A stretch of 64,000 nucleotides of DNA from Nemertoderma westbladi (lineage: Eukaryota > Animalia > Xenacoelomorpha). Position numbers and translations under genes: made by a program. Where the stretch lies: the NCBI GenBank assembly GCA_032718475.1, contig JAUCBJ010008014.1, forward strand, positions 1 through 64,000. Direction: 5' to 3'. Below the pieces are notes generated by a model. It made no database searches and was not told where the DNA came from. It saw only the letters and a list, made by a program, of their open reading frames with translations. Numbering within the stretch: the stretch's first letter is position 1; every line of letters starts with the position of its first letter. Of this stretch, positions 29,801 to 44,200 are shown piece after piece.

Positions 29801-32800
29801 ATTCGGACCTCCCGACCACTCCCACCGTTGAACTGATGTATCCTATTGGTAGTGGCCGATATATTCGGACCTCCCGACCACTCCCACCGTTGAACTGATG
29901 TATCCTATTGGTAGTGGCCGATATATTCGGACCTCCCGACCACTCCCACCGTTGAACTGATGTATCCTATTGGTAGTGGCCGATATATTCGGACCTCCCG
30001 ACCACTCCCACCGTTGAACTGATGTATCCTATTGGTAGTGGCCGATATATTCGGACCTCCCGACCACTCCCACCGTTGAACTGATGTATCCTATTGGTAG
30101 TGGCCGATATATTCGGACCTCCCGACCACTCCCACCGTTGAACTGATGTATCCTATTGGTAGTGGCCGATATATTCGGACCTCCCGACCACTCCCACCGT
30201 TGAACTGATGTATCCTATTGGTAGTGGCCGATATATTCGGACCTCCCGACCACTCCCACCGTTGAACTGATGTATCCTATTGGTAGTGGCCGATATATTC
30301 GGACCTCCCGACCACTCCCACCGTTGAACTGATGTATCCTATTGGTAGTGGCCGATATATTCGGACCTCCCGACCACTCCCACCGTTGAACTGATGTATC
30401 CTATTGGTAGTGGCCGATATATTCGGACCTCCCGACCACTCCCACCGTTGAACTGATGTATCCTATTGGTAGTGGCCGATATATTCGGACCTCCCGACCA
30501 CTCCCACCGTTGAACTGATGTATCCTATTGGTAGTGGCCGATATATTCGGACCTCCCGACCACTCCCACCGTTGAACTGATGTATCCTATTGGTAGTGGC
30601 CGATATATTCGGACCTCCCGACCACTCCCACCGTTGAACTGATGTATCCTATTGGTAGTGGCCGATATATTCGGACCTCCCGACCACTCCCACCGTTGAA
30701 CTGATGTATCCTATTGGTAGTGGCCGATATATTCGGACCTCCCGACCACTCCCACCGTTGAACTGATGTATCCTATTGGTAGTGGCCGATATATTCGGAC
30801 CTCCCGACCACTCCCACCGTTGAACTGATGTATCCTATTGGTAGTGGCCGATATATTCGGACCTCCCGACCACTCCCACCGTTGAACTGATGTATCCTAT
30901 TGGTAGTGGCCGATATATTCGGACCTCCCGACCACTCCCACCGTTGAACTGATGTATCCTATTGGTAGTGGCCGATATATTCGGACCTCCCGACCACTCC
31001 CACCGTTGAACTGATGTATCCTATTGGTAGTGGCCGATATATTCGGACCTCCCGACCACTCCCACCGTTGAACTGATGTATCCTATTGGTAGTGGCCGAT
31101 ATATTCGGACCTCCCGACCACTCCCACCGTTGAACTGATGTATCCTATTGGTAGTGGCCGATATATTCGGACCTCCCGACCACTCCCACCGTTGAACTGA
31201 TGTATCCTATTGGTAGTGGCCGATATATTCGGACCTCCCGACCACTCCCACCGTTGAACTGATGTATCCTATTGGTAGTGGCCGATATATTCGGACCTCC
31301 CGACCACTCCCACCGTTGAACTGATGTATCCTATTGGTAGTGGCCGATATATTCGGACCTCCCGACCACTCCCACCGTTGAACTGATGTATCCTATTGGT
31401 AGTGGCCGATATATTCGGACCTCCCGACCACTCCCACCGTTGAACTGATGTATCCTATTGGTAGTGGCCGATATATTCGGACCTCCCGACCACTCCCACC
31501 GTTGAACTGATGTATCCTATTGGTAGTGGCCGATATATTCGGACCTCCCGACCACTCCCACCGTTGAACTGATGTATCCTATTGGTAGTGGCCGATATAT
31601 TCGGACCTCCCGACCACTCCCACCGTTGAACTGATGTATCCTATTGGTAGTGGCCGATATATTCGGACCTCCCGACCACTCCCACCGTTGAACTGATGTA
31701 TCCTATTGGTAGTGGCCGATATATTCGGACCTCCCGACCACTCCCACCGTTGAACTGATGTATCCTATTGGTAGTGGCCGATATATTCGGACCTCCCGAC
31801 CACTCCCACCGTTGAACTGATGTATCCTATTGGTAGTGGCCGATATATTCGGACCTCCCGACCACTCCCACCGTTGAACTGATGTATCCTATTGGTAGTG
31901 GCCGATATATTCGGACCTCCCGACCACTCCCACCGTTGAACTGATGTATCCTATTGGTAGTGGCCGATATATTCGGACCTCCCGACCACTCCCACCGTTG
32001 AACTGATGTATCCTATTGGTAGTGGCCGATATATTCGGACCTCCCGACCACTCCCACCGTTGAACTGATGTATCCTATTGGTAGTGGCCGATATATTCGG
32101 ACCTCCCGACCACTCCCACCGTTGAACTGATGTATCCTATTGGTAGTGGCCGATATATTCGGACCTCCCGACCACTCCCACCGTTGAACTGATGTATCCT
32201 ATTGGTAGTGGCCGATATATTCGGACCTCCCGACCACTCCCACCGTTGAACTGATGTATCCTATTGGTAGTGGCCGATATATTCGGACCTCCCGACCACT
32301 CCCACCGTTGAACTGATGTATCCTATTGGTAGTGGCCGATATATTCGGACCTCCCGACCACTCCCACCGTTGAACTGATGTATCCTATTGGTAGTGGCCG
32401 ATATATTCGGACCTCCCGACCACTCCCACCGTTGAACTGATGTATCCTATTGGTAGTGGCCGATATATTCGGACCTCCCGACCACTCCCACCGTTGAACT
32501 GATGTATCCTATTGGTAGTGGCCGATATATTCGGACCTCCCGACCACTCCCACCGTTGAACTGATGTATCCTATTGGTAGTGGCCGATATATTCGGACCT
32601 CCCGACCACTCCCACCGTTGAACTGATGTATCCTATTGGTAGTGGCCGATATATTCGGACCTCCCGACCACTCCCACCGTTGAACTGATGTATCCTATTG
32701 GTAGTGGCCGATATATTCGGACCTCCCGACCACTCCCACCGTTGAACTGATGTATCCTATTGGTAGTGGCCGATATATTCGGACCTCCCGACCACTCCCA

Positions 32801-35800
32801 CCGTTGAACTGATGTATCCTATTGGTAGTGGCCGATATATTCGGACCTCCCGACCACTCCCACCGTTGAACTGATGTATCCTATTGGTAGTGGCCGATAT
32901 ATTCGGACCTCCCGACCACTCCCACCGTTGAACTGATGTATCCTATTGGTAGTGGCCGATATATTCGGACCTCCCGACCACTCCCACCGTTGAACTGATG
33001 TATCCTATTGGTAGTGGCCGATATATTCGGACCTCCCGACCACTCCCACCGTTGAACTGATGTATCCTATTGGTAGTGGCCGATATATTCGGACCTCCCG
33101 ACCACTCCCACCGTTGAACTGATGTATCCTATTGGTAGTGGCCGATATATTCGGACCTCCCGACCACTCCCACCGTTGAACTGATGTATCCTATTGGTAG
33201 TGGCCGATATATTCGGACCTCCCGACCACTCCCACCGTTGAACTGATGTATCCTATTGGTAGTGGCCGATATATTCGGACCTCCCGACCACTCCCACCGT
33301 TGAACTGATGTATCCTATTGGTAGTGGCCGATATATTCGGACCTCCCGACCACTCCCACCGTTGAACTGATGTATCCTATTGGTAGTGGCCGATATATTC
33401 GGACCTCCCGACCACTCCCACCGTTGAACTGATGTATCCTATTGGTAGTGGCCGATATATTCGGACCTCCCGACCACTCCCACCGTTGAACTGATGTATC
33501 CTATTGGTAGTGGCCGATATATTCGGACCTCCCGACCACTCCCACCGTTGAACTGATGTATCCTATTGGTAGTGGCCGATATATTCGGACCTCCCGACCA
33601 CTCCCACCGTTGAACTGATGTATCCTATTGGTAGTGGCCGATATATTCGGACCTCCCGACCACTCCCACCGTTGAACTGATGTATCCTATTGGTAGTGGC
33701 CGATATATTCGGACCTCCCGACCACTCCCACCGTTGAACTGATGTATCCTATTGGTAGTGGCCGATATATTCGGACCTCCCGACCACTCCCACCGTTGAA
33801 CTGATGTATCCTATTGGTAGTGGCCGATATATTCGGACCTCCCGACCACTCCCACCGTTGAACTGATGTATCCTATTGGTAGTGGCCGATATATTCGGAC
33901 CTCCCGACCACTCCCACCGTTGAACTGATGTATCCTATTGGTAGTGGCCGATATATTCGGACCTCCCGACCACTCCCACCGTTGAACTGATGTATCCTAT
34001 TGGTAGTGGCCGATATATTCGGACCTCCCGACCACTCCCACCGTTGAACTGATGTATCCTATTGGTAGTGGCCGATATATTCGGACCTCCCGACCACTCC
34101 CACCGTTGAACTGATGTATCCTATTGGTAGTGGCCGATATATTCGGACCTCCCGACCACTCCCACCGTTGAACTGATGTATCCTATTGGTAGTGGCCGAT
34201 ATATTCGGACCTCCCGACCACTCCCACCGTTGAACTGATGTATCCTATTGGTAGTGGCCGATATATTCGGACCTCCCGACCACTCCCACCGTTGAACTGA
34301 TGTATCCTATTGGTAGTGGCCGATATATTCGGACCTCCCGACCACTCCCACCGTTGAACTGATGTATCCTATTGGTAGTGGCCGATATATTCGGACCTCC
34401 CGACCACTCCCACCGTTGAACTGATGTATCCTATTGGTAGTGGCCGATATATTCGGACCTCCCGACCACTCCCACCGTTGAACTGATGTATCCTATTGGT
34501 AGTGGCCGATATATTCGGACCTCCCGACCACTCCCACCGTTGAACTGATGTATCCTATTGGTAGTGGCCGATATATTCGGACCTCCCGACCACTCCCACC
34601 GTTGAACTGATGTATCCTATTGGTAGTGGCCGATATATTCGGACCTCCCGACCACTCCCACCGTTGAACTGATGTATCCTATTGGTAGTGGCCGATATAT
34701 TCGGACCTCCCGACCACTCCCACCGTTGAACTGATGTATCCTATTGGTAGTGGCCGATATATTCGGACCTCCCGACCACTCCCACCGTTGAACTGATGTA
34801 TCCTATTGGTAGTGGCCGATATATTCGGACCTCCCGACCACTCCCACCGTTGAACTGATGTATCCTATTGGTAGTGGCCGATATATTCGGACCTCCCGAC
34901 CACTCCCACCGTTGAACTGATGTATCCTATTGGTAGTGGCCGATATATTCGGACCTCCCGACCACTCCCACCGTTGAACTGATGTATCCTATTGGTAGTG
35001 GCCGATATATTCGGACCTCCCGACCACTCCCACCGTTGAACTGATGTATCCTATTGGTAGTGGCCGATATATTCGGACCTCCCGACCACTCCCACCGTTG
35101 AACTGATGTATCCTATTGGTAGTGGCCGATATATTCGGACCTCCCGACCACTCCCACCGTTGAACTGATGTATCCTATTGGTAGTGGCCGATATATTCGG
35201 ACCTCCCGACCACTCCCACCGTTGAACTGATGTATCCTATTGGTAGTGGCCGATATATTCGGACCTCCCGACCACTCCCACCGTTGAACTGATGTATCCT
35301 ATTGGTAGTGGCCGATATATTCGGACCTCCCGACCACTCCCACCGTTGAACTGATGTATCCTATTGGTAGTGGCCGATATATTCGGACCTCCCGACCACT
35401 CCCACCGTTGAACTGATGTATCCTATTGGTAGTGGCCGATATATTCGGACCTCCCGACCACTCCCACCGTTGAACTGATGTATCCTATTGGTAGTGGCCG
35501 ATATATTCGGACCTCCCGACCACTCCCACCGTTGAACTGATGTATCCATGTTAAATTTCGACCAAAACATCTTATTAAATTGAATTTGTAATATTTTAGA
35601 ACAATAAATTAATTGTTTTAGAGAGCGACCAGACACCAATGTGTGTCTACTGGGACCCCAGTAACTCCTCTTGGTCACCCAAAGGTCTCCAGTTGCTAAG
35701 CAACACCACGGAATTAGTAGACTGCCAGTCCGACCATTTAACTAACTTCGCTGTTCTTATGGTACCAGTTGCTTATGAGGTAAGTTGATTGTTATTTTTA

Positions 35801-38219
35801 ATAAACCTTTATTTATATTTATATATATTATACTTATATATTATATATAACTTTATATATTGTACCCTCAGGGTAGAGAGACTTATAATTAACTAAATTA
35901 TATAAGATATAAGTGCCTACTACAGTAATTAAGCATTAAACCAACAGAGTATTATTTGAGTACAACACTGCCCACAACACATAACCGCTAAATAATTAAA
36001 ATAAAAACAAATCACATAAAACCGGTAAATAATTAAAATAAAAACAAATCACATAAAACCGCTAAATAATTAAAATAAAACATTACCATTTTGTATGTAT
36101 TTTATTGTCTTAATATAAATATTATTCTTTAAGAAAATATAAATTTAATAGTAATTTGCAAATGTTAACATGTAACATAAACTAACGTTAAAAGGGTAAA
36201 TTGGTTTGCTGAATAGAACGGAAGTTGTTAAACTATCTGGTTGTTTAACTACAATAAACTATGGAGTATTATTATTGACTAACAATTAAGAGTCTCTATA
36301 ACTTATACATCAATTGTGTTATAATTTTCTTTAATTCTATTCTTTGCAAGCCTTTCCTTGGATATGTTACGATCTCGGTTTTTTGAATAAATATTAAAAA
36401 AAGTTCCCATACAGATAATTATCATACCTACACCACTAACAGACATAGTACCGATACCCATAGGGAATAAATAATTATTTGTAGTATCATACACAGAACC
36501 TATTATAAACCCGACAGATGACATTAAATGGATAATAAAAATGATTACCATAATTGTTAATACTGTCCTCTGCTTAGGAGTCAACTTTGTGCCAATGGTT
36601 GTAACACCCGCGTTTTCAACGGCCTCTGCGAACCCGAGACATGTAGCGACCTCCATGACCCATTCCTGGCAATTCCGGTTTATGAGTCTGTATAATCTTC
36701 CGTTCACATCGTTATTCATAACAGCATCCCGCACTTGGTCGAGAGTAACCTTTATTTCCACGATCTTTATAGCATCGTCAGGGATTTTATCTGTTCCTTG
36801 ACCGAGTTCATTCCAGAATGCTTTTATTCTGAAGCCGGATTTCCCCAGTTCCGCACGGATAACTTCCTTAGAATCGTGGCAGTAGATAATGAGGGCCCAA
36901 TGGGTGAGTGGTGTTGGTTCCTTCATTAGTTGTGCGTTCAATTGGTCTGCAGGTTTAGATGGCCTGGAGCTTCTAGTTGATTTGATGGTGGCGTCCAGGA
37001 CTTTTCCGGTAATGTAAAACGACTTGATCTGCATTTGATCAGATAGTTTTTCCACCACTATCTGTGTTTCCACCTCAGCATTAGCCATAGTGCATTACTT
37101 GCATAAGACGTATGAGTTTTACAGTATTAAGGTCCCCACAAATGCTGTAAGCATGGGAGCTCTTCCCATCTTATTAAACAAATACTTGGTGTGTTACAGA
37201 TTAGATGGTGTATTTATATTATACTATACCATGCAGTACATTAAATTTTATTATTTCATAGAAATTAATGTTTTTTTTCTTCAATCAATCTACAATATGC
37301 AAAAATCTTGATAATTATCATATTTATATAGAAATAGTACGAAGTACACTTCCGTTTTTAAATAAACAAAGCCAAACTTACACTACCTACTACCGCAATG
37401 CAGCATTATTACATCATAATCTATTTTTATTGATTAATAATATCCATTTAATAATATAGCCGGCATAGCATTCTTAATGCACGACGCTGCATCACAGCAA
37501 ACCAATTTATTGTAGATTGTATGGTGGTAGCACAACCTACCAACATCTACCAACACAATTATTTGTTAGCCTACTCCAGTAAGCATGTGCAGCGGCAATG
37601 CAGCAGGCCTATTATAGTAGTATTAGTAATATAGATAGATAGATATATATATAGAAGATATATAGGAAAAGTATTTTATGCTCCCGAAACATAATTTAAC
37701 GTCTTATGGTAGATCTATCTATTAATATTTGATTCCTAGAGGTGAAATTTTGAGATTTATTTTTAATGAAATCATATATTTTTGGCTCTAAAGGCACATT
37801 GGAAAACAATCTTTTGTCGCCCATAAAAGCCACCTGTGGTCTATTAGTGCCACCTGTGTGGTCCATAAACGCCACCTGTGGTCCATAACGCCCCATAAAC
37901 GCCATCTATAGTCCATAAACGCCACCTGTGGTCCAAAATCGTGCTACCTATGGTCCATAAACGCCACCTGTAGTCCATAAACGCCACATGTGGTCGATAA
38001 ACGCCACCTGTGGTCCATTAACGACACCTATTGTCCATAAACGCCACATGTTATATTATTATTATATTATTATATTTATTATATTATTATATTTCATTCT
38101 CCTACTGCATAGTACATAGATACTTTAACAAACAAGAACCATAATAAAAATAAATCAACATAAAGCCCCACCCTTGCTGATAGCAGAGCTAGTGCTGCGA
38201 CGGTGGACACTTTTTACAG

Positions 38220-38250
<31 letters not shown>

Positions 38251-41200
38251 GTGCTATTTGCTTATAATTTTGAATAATTTAGAAATATATTGTAAAACTT
38301 AAATCTTAAGTAACCATATATTTTTCACCTCGGGTAATAAAGAGCAAGAGACAATATTAAAGAAAGAAAATAAAAATTGTTGAAACAAACAGAGAATAAC
38401 CATTACAAGAGAAGAAAGTGGTGGAAGATCGAAATATAAGAACGAACAGTTAGTAGGTATAAAAAATGTGACTAAGAGGATATTCAAATGTTTATTAGGA
38501 AAATATTTTAGACCGAGCTGTTATCATTGTAATAAATTGGAAAAAATTGACCTTTTTAGAGCAGATGAAAATTTGTTTTTTGATTTTTTTGAACGAATGT
38601 CGAGTGGCACCGAGTTCCAAATGACAGGACCTCGAAAACTCAGGGATCGTTGGGAAGAGCTAAGATTAAAAAGAGGAGTTGTGAAGTCGCCACGAACAGA
38701 AGATGTGGTCCATAAACGCCACACGTCATCCATAAACGCCACACGTGGTCCATAAACGCCACACGTGGTCCATATACGCCACACGTGGTCCATAAACTCC
38801 AGAAAGACCAAAATGTTGACAGTTAACTTTGAAAGTCCTCAGCAAGTCTCTGATCGGATGAGCATAAGCTCAAAGGATGGTATGCTTGAGCATGTGGATG
38901 ACTTCTGTTACCTGGGATCATGGATCCGGAAGTCAGGTGAGGACCTCCGAATACGTAAGGGAAAGGCATGGGCAGCCTTGAATAGGCTTTCCAGGATTTG
39001 GAAGTCACCGAGAATTAATCGGAAACTTAAGGTCCGATTATTTAGAGCAGCAGTAGTTCCAGTACTCCTCTATGGGAGTCCATGCTGGGCTCTAACTGCT
39101 GAGGACACCAAATCTCTGGCCGGCACATTCACAAGAAAGCTAGGCCGGGTTCATTGTGTCAAGTACAATGCACACATCTCCAACCAGACACTATATAACA
39201 ATGGAGGTGTCTCATTGGTTCCCCCAAGCTTGACACTAGAACAAAATCGCCTCCGCTTTGCAGGACATTGCTTTCGCCGTGAGGACCCGCCAGTGCATAA
39301 TCTTGTACTTTGGCAGCCTCATGGAGTGAATAAGCATGGTGGACAGCCCATGACTTTCTTGAGACGCATCTTAAAGGACACTGGCCTTGAAGATGCGGAT
39401 GATGTAGCAAATGTCATGGGTGATAGGGAGTTGTGGCGGCGCAATTTTGTCGACAAGCCGGCACAGCATTCTTAAAAATGCAGCTGCAATGCAGCATGCC
39501 GATACTAGTAGTAGTGGTCCATAAACGCCACCTCTGGTCCATAAATTTTCAATTTAGGGAAAGGAGCAGGTTACAGTGGCATGTTAATTTAACCAAAACA
39601 ATAAACTAAACACAATAGAACAGGTTACAGTTTTATATTTGAGTATAATCAGCTGTTATTTGCGTCTAATTTCCCTGGAGAGGATGAATTATTCTTATAA
39701 TTAATTATTTATTGCGTCCAGTCAGTCCCCCCCCCCCCCCCCCCCTCCTATCTGGGTAAATAACAACAACAACATGAACTAAAAAAAGTAAAAGTAAATC
39801 CTATGAAAGTAGATCCGGAAAAGTAAATCCTATGAAAGTAGATCCGGAAAAGTAAATCCTATGAAAGTAGATCCGGAAAAGTAAATCCTATGAATTTCTA
39901 TGGGAGTATTTTTCTTCCGCCAGGAAAAAAGTGTTGTCTTACAATACACCTAAAGACTTTGTTTGATAGAAGGCAATTCTCAGAATAAATGCTTTCATTC
40001 ATTAAACTTCGATCAGCCAGCCCCATTAGCTTACAGTTCCTTATGAACTACTGCATTATTATATAATCTATTTTTTATACTTTTACAGCTGTCTAACCCG
40101 CACGAATTTATCCTTCGAGTCCTTGGTTTAATTGGAGGAAGTCTGTCGCTGATTGGGCTGGTGCTCACAATTATTACGTATTTACTAGTATGGAGGTTTG
40201 TTACCAATACAACTACTACTAAGGAACTAGTGGTGCAGCATACGTTGAGGTGTGTCTGATACCTTCTGATACTAACTACTCTACTGTTGTCGTTGGTATT
40301 GCGATTACGTTTAAAAATTGCGAATCTATACAATTTTCCCTATCTGTATTTCCTTTATATTGTGTGTGTGGCGGAAGGTGGAAGGTGGAAGGTGGAAGGT
40401 TTCCATTGCCTAAAGATATTTCTACAGTAGTATTTCTTACAGCACAATATTCCGTATATATAATAACTTATAACTCTTAGGAGGAATTCTTACATTGGGA
40501 TCCGAGAACCTCTTTCTATTGTTCTCCTACATCTTGTAGACTCCAACTTCACTAGCATCGCTTGTTACATCTGACTCCCTCACCTCACTCATCATGTTGT
40601 TCTACTATTGTCTGTTTATTTTAGATTACTATCGTTTGAACGTAGCTTTGTTCTACTATTGTCTGTTTATTTTAGATTACTATCGTTTGAACGTAGCTTT
40701 GTTCTACTATTGTCTGTTTATTTTAGATTACTATCGTTTGAACGTAGCTTTGTTCTACTATTGTCTGTTTATTTTAGATTACTATCGTTTGAACGTAGCT
40801 TTGTTCTACTATTGTCTGTTTATTTTAGATTACTATCGTTTGAACGTAGCTTTGTTCTACTATTGTCTGTTTATTTTAGATTACTATCGTTTGAACGTAG
40901 CTTTGTTCTACTATTGTCTGTTTATTTTAGATTACTATCGTTTGAACGTAGCTTTGTTCTACTATTGTCTGTTTATTTTAGATTACTATCGTTTGAACGT
41001 AGCTTTGTTCTAATATTGTCTGTTTATTTTAGATTACTATCGTTTGAACGTAGCTTTGTTCTACTATTGTCTGTTTATTTTAGATTACTATCGTTTGAAC
41101 GTAGCTTTGTTCTAATATTGTCTGTTATTTTAGATTACTATTGTTTGAACGTAGCTTTGTTCTACTATTGTCTGTTTATTTTAGATTACTATCGTTTGAA

Positions 41201-44200
41201 CGTAGCTTTGTTCTACTATTGTCTGTTTATTTTAGATTACTATCGTTTGAACGTAGCTTTGTTCTAATATTGTCTGTTATTTTAGATTACTATTGTTTGA
41301 ACGTAGCTTTGTTCTACTATTGTCTGTTTATTTTAGATTACTATCGTTTGAACGTAGCTTTGTTCTACTATTGTCTGTTTATTTTAGATTACTATCGTTT
41401 GAACGTAGCTTTGTTCTACTATTGTCTGTTTATTTTAGATTACTATCGTTTGAACGTAGCTTTGTTCTACTATTGTCTGTTTATTTTAGATTACTATCGT
41501 TTGAACGTAGCTTTGTTCTACTATTGTCTGTTTATTTTAGATTACTATCGTTTGAACGTAGCTTTGTTCTACTATTGTCTGTTTATTTTATATTACTATC
41601 GTTTGAACGTAGCTTTGTTCTACTATTGTCTGTTTATTTTAGATTACTATCGTTTGAACGTAGCTTTGTTCTACTATTGTCTGTTTATTTTAGATTACTA
41701 TCGTTTGAACGTAGCTTTGGTCTACTATTGTCTGTTTATTTTAGATTACTATCGTTTGAACGTAGCTTTGTTCTACTATTGTCTGTTTATTTTAGATTAC
41801 TATCGTTTGAACGTAGCTTTGTTCTACTATTGTCTGTTTATTTTAGATTACTATCGTTTGAACGTAGCTTTGTTCTACTATTGTCTGTTTATTTTAGATT
41901 ACTATCGTTTGAACGTAGCTTTGTTCTACTATTGTCTGTTTATTTTAGATTACTATCGTTTGAACGTAGCTTTGTTCTAATATTGTCTGTTTATTTTAGA
42001 TTACTATCGTTTGAACGTAGCTTTGTTCTACTATTGTCTATTTATTTTAGATTACTATCGTTTGAACGTAGCTTTGTTCTACTATTGTCTGTTTATTTTA
42101 GATTACTATCGTTTGAACGTAGCTTTGTTCTACTATTGTCTGTTTATTTTAGATTACTATCGTTTGAACGTAGCTTTGTTCTACTATTGTCTGTTTATTT
42201 TAGATTACTATCGTTTGAACGTAGCTTTGTTCTACTATTGTCTGTTTATTTTAGATTACTATCGTTTGAACGTAGCTTTGTTCTACTATTTTCTGTTTAT
42301 TTTAGATTACTATCGTTTGAACGCAGCTTTGTTCTAATATTGTCTATTTATTTTAGATTACTATCGTTTGAACGTAGCTTTGTTCTAATATTGTCTGTTT
42401 ATTTTAGATTACTATTGTTTGAACGTAGCTTTGTTCTACTATTGTCTGTTATTTTAGATTACTATCGTTTGAACGTAGCTTTGTTCTACTATTGTCTGTT
42501 TATTTTAGATTACTATCGTTTGAACGTAGCTTTGTTCTACTATTGTCTGTTATTTTAGATTACTATTGTTTGAACGTAGCTTTGTTCTACTATTGTCTGT
42601 TTATTTTAGATTACTATCGTTTGAACGTAGCTTTGTTCTACTATTGTCTATTTATTTTAGATTACTATCGTTTGAACGTAGCTTTGTTCTACTATTGTCT
42701 GTTTATTTTAGATTACTATCGTTTGAACGTAGCTTTGTTCTACTCTTGTCTATTTATTTTAGATTACTATCGTTTGAACGTAGCTTTGTTCTACTATTGT
42801 CTATTTATTTTAGATTACTATCGTTTGAACGTAGCTTTGTTCTACTATTGTCTGTTTATTTTAGATTACTATCGTTTGAACGTAGCTTTGTTCTACTATT
42901 GTCTATTTATTTTAGATTACTATCGTTTGAACGTAGCTTTGTTCTACTATTGTCTATTTATTTTAGATTACTCCGTTTGAACGTAGCTTTGTTCTACTAT
43001 TGTCTGTTTATTTTAGATTACTATCGTTTGAACGTAGCTTTGTTCTACTATTGTCTGTTTATTTTAGATTACTATCGTTTGAACGTAGCTTTGTTCTAAT
43101 ATTGTCTGTTTATTTTAGATTACTATCGTTTGAACGTAGCTTTGTTCTACTATTGTCTATTTATTTTAGATTACTATCGTTTGAACGTAGCTTTGTTCTA
43201 CTATTGTCTGTTTATTTTAGATTACTATCGTTTGAACGTAGCTTTGTTCTACTATTGTCTGTTTATTTTAGATTACTATCGTTTGAACGTAGCTTTGTTC
43301 TACTATTGTCTGTTTATTTTAGATTACTATCGTTTGAACGTAGCTTTGTTCTACTATTGTCTGTTTATTTTAGATTACTATTGTTTGAACGTAGCTTTGT
43401 TCTACTATTGTCTGTTTATTTTAGATTACTATCGTTTGAACGTAGCTTTGTTCTACTATTGTCTGTTTATTTTAGATTACTATCGTTTGAACGTAGCTTT
43501 GTTCTACTATTGTCTGTTTATTTTAGATTACTATCGTTTGAACGCAGCTTTGTTCTAATATTGTCTATTTATTTTAGATTACTATCGTTTGAACGTAGCT
43601 TTGTTCTACTATTGTCTGTTTATTTTAGATTACTATCGTTTGAACGTAGCTTTGTTCTACTATTGTCTGTTTATTTTAGATTACTATCGTTTGAACGTAG
43701 CTTTGTTCTAATATTGTCTGTTTATTTTAGATTACTATCGTTTGAACGTAGCTTTGTTCTACTATTGTCTATTTATTTTAGATTACTATCGTTTGAACGT
43801 AGCTTTGTTCTACTATTGTCTGTTTATTTTAGATTACTATCGTTTGAACGTAGCTTTGTTCTAATATTGTCTATTTATTTTAGATTACTATCGTTTGAAC
43901 GTAGCTTTGTTCTACTATTGTCTATTTATTTTAGATTACTCCGTTTGAACGTAGCTTTGTTCTACTATTGTCTGTTTATTTTAGATTACTATCGTTTGAA
44001 CGTAGCTTTGTTCTACTATTGTCTATTTATTTTAGATTACTATCGTTTGAACGTAGCTTTGTTCTACTATTGTCTATTTATTTTAGATTACTATCGTTTG
44101 AACGTAGCTTTGTTCTACTATTGTCTATTTATTTTAGATTACTATCGTTTGAACGTAGCTTTGTTCTACTATTGTCTGTTTATTTTAGATTACTATCGTT

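Larger units (their letters stand above)
37820..39545. repeat. 20-bp minisatellite (ccataaacgccacctgtggt) interrupted by two LINE fragments
   Basis: Copies at 37820-38051, 38703-38797 and 39514-39545. Confidence 0.85.

Noticed and set aside
35361-35678. 105-aa - strand ORF
   Set aside because: It is the antisense shadow of the GPS exon running into the 62-bp repeat.
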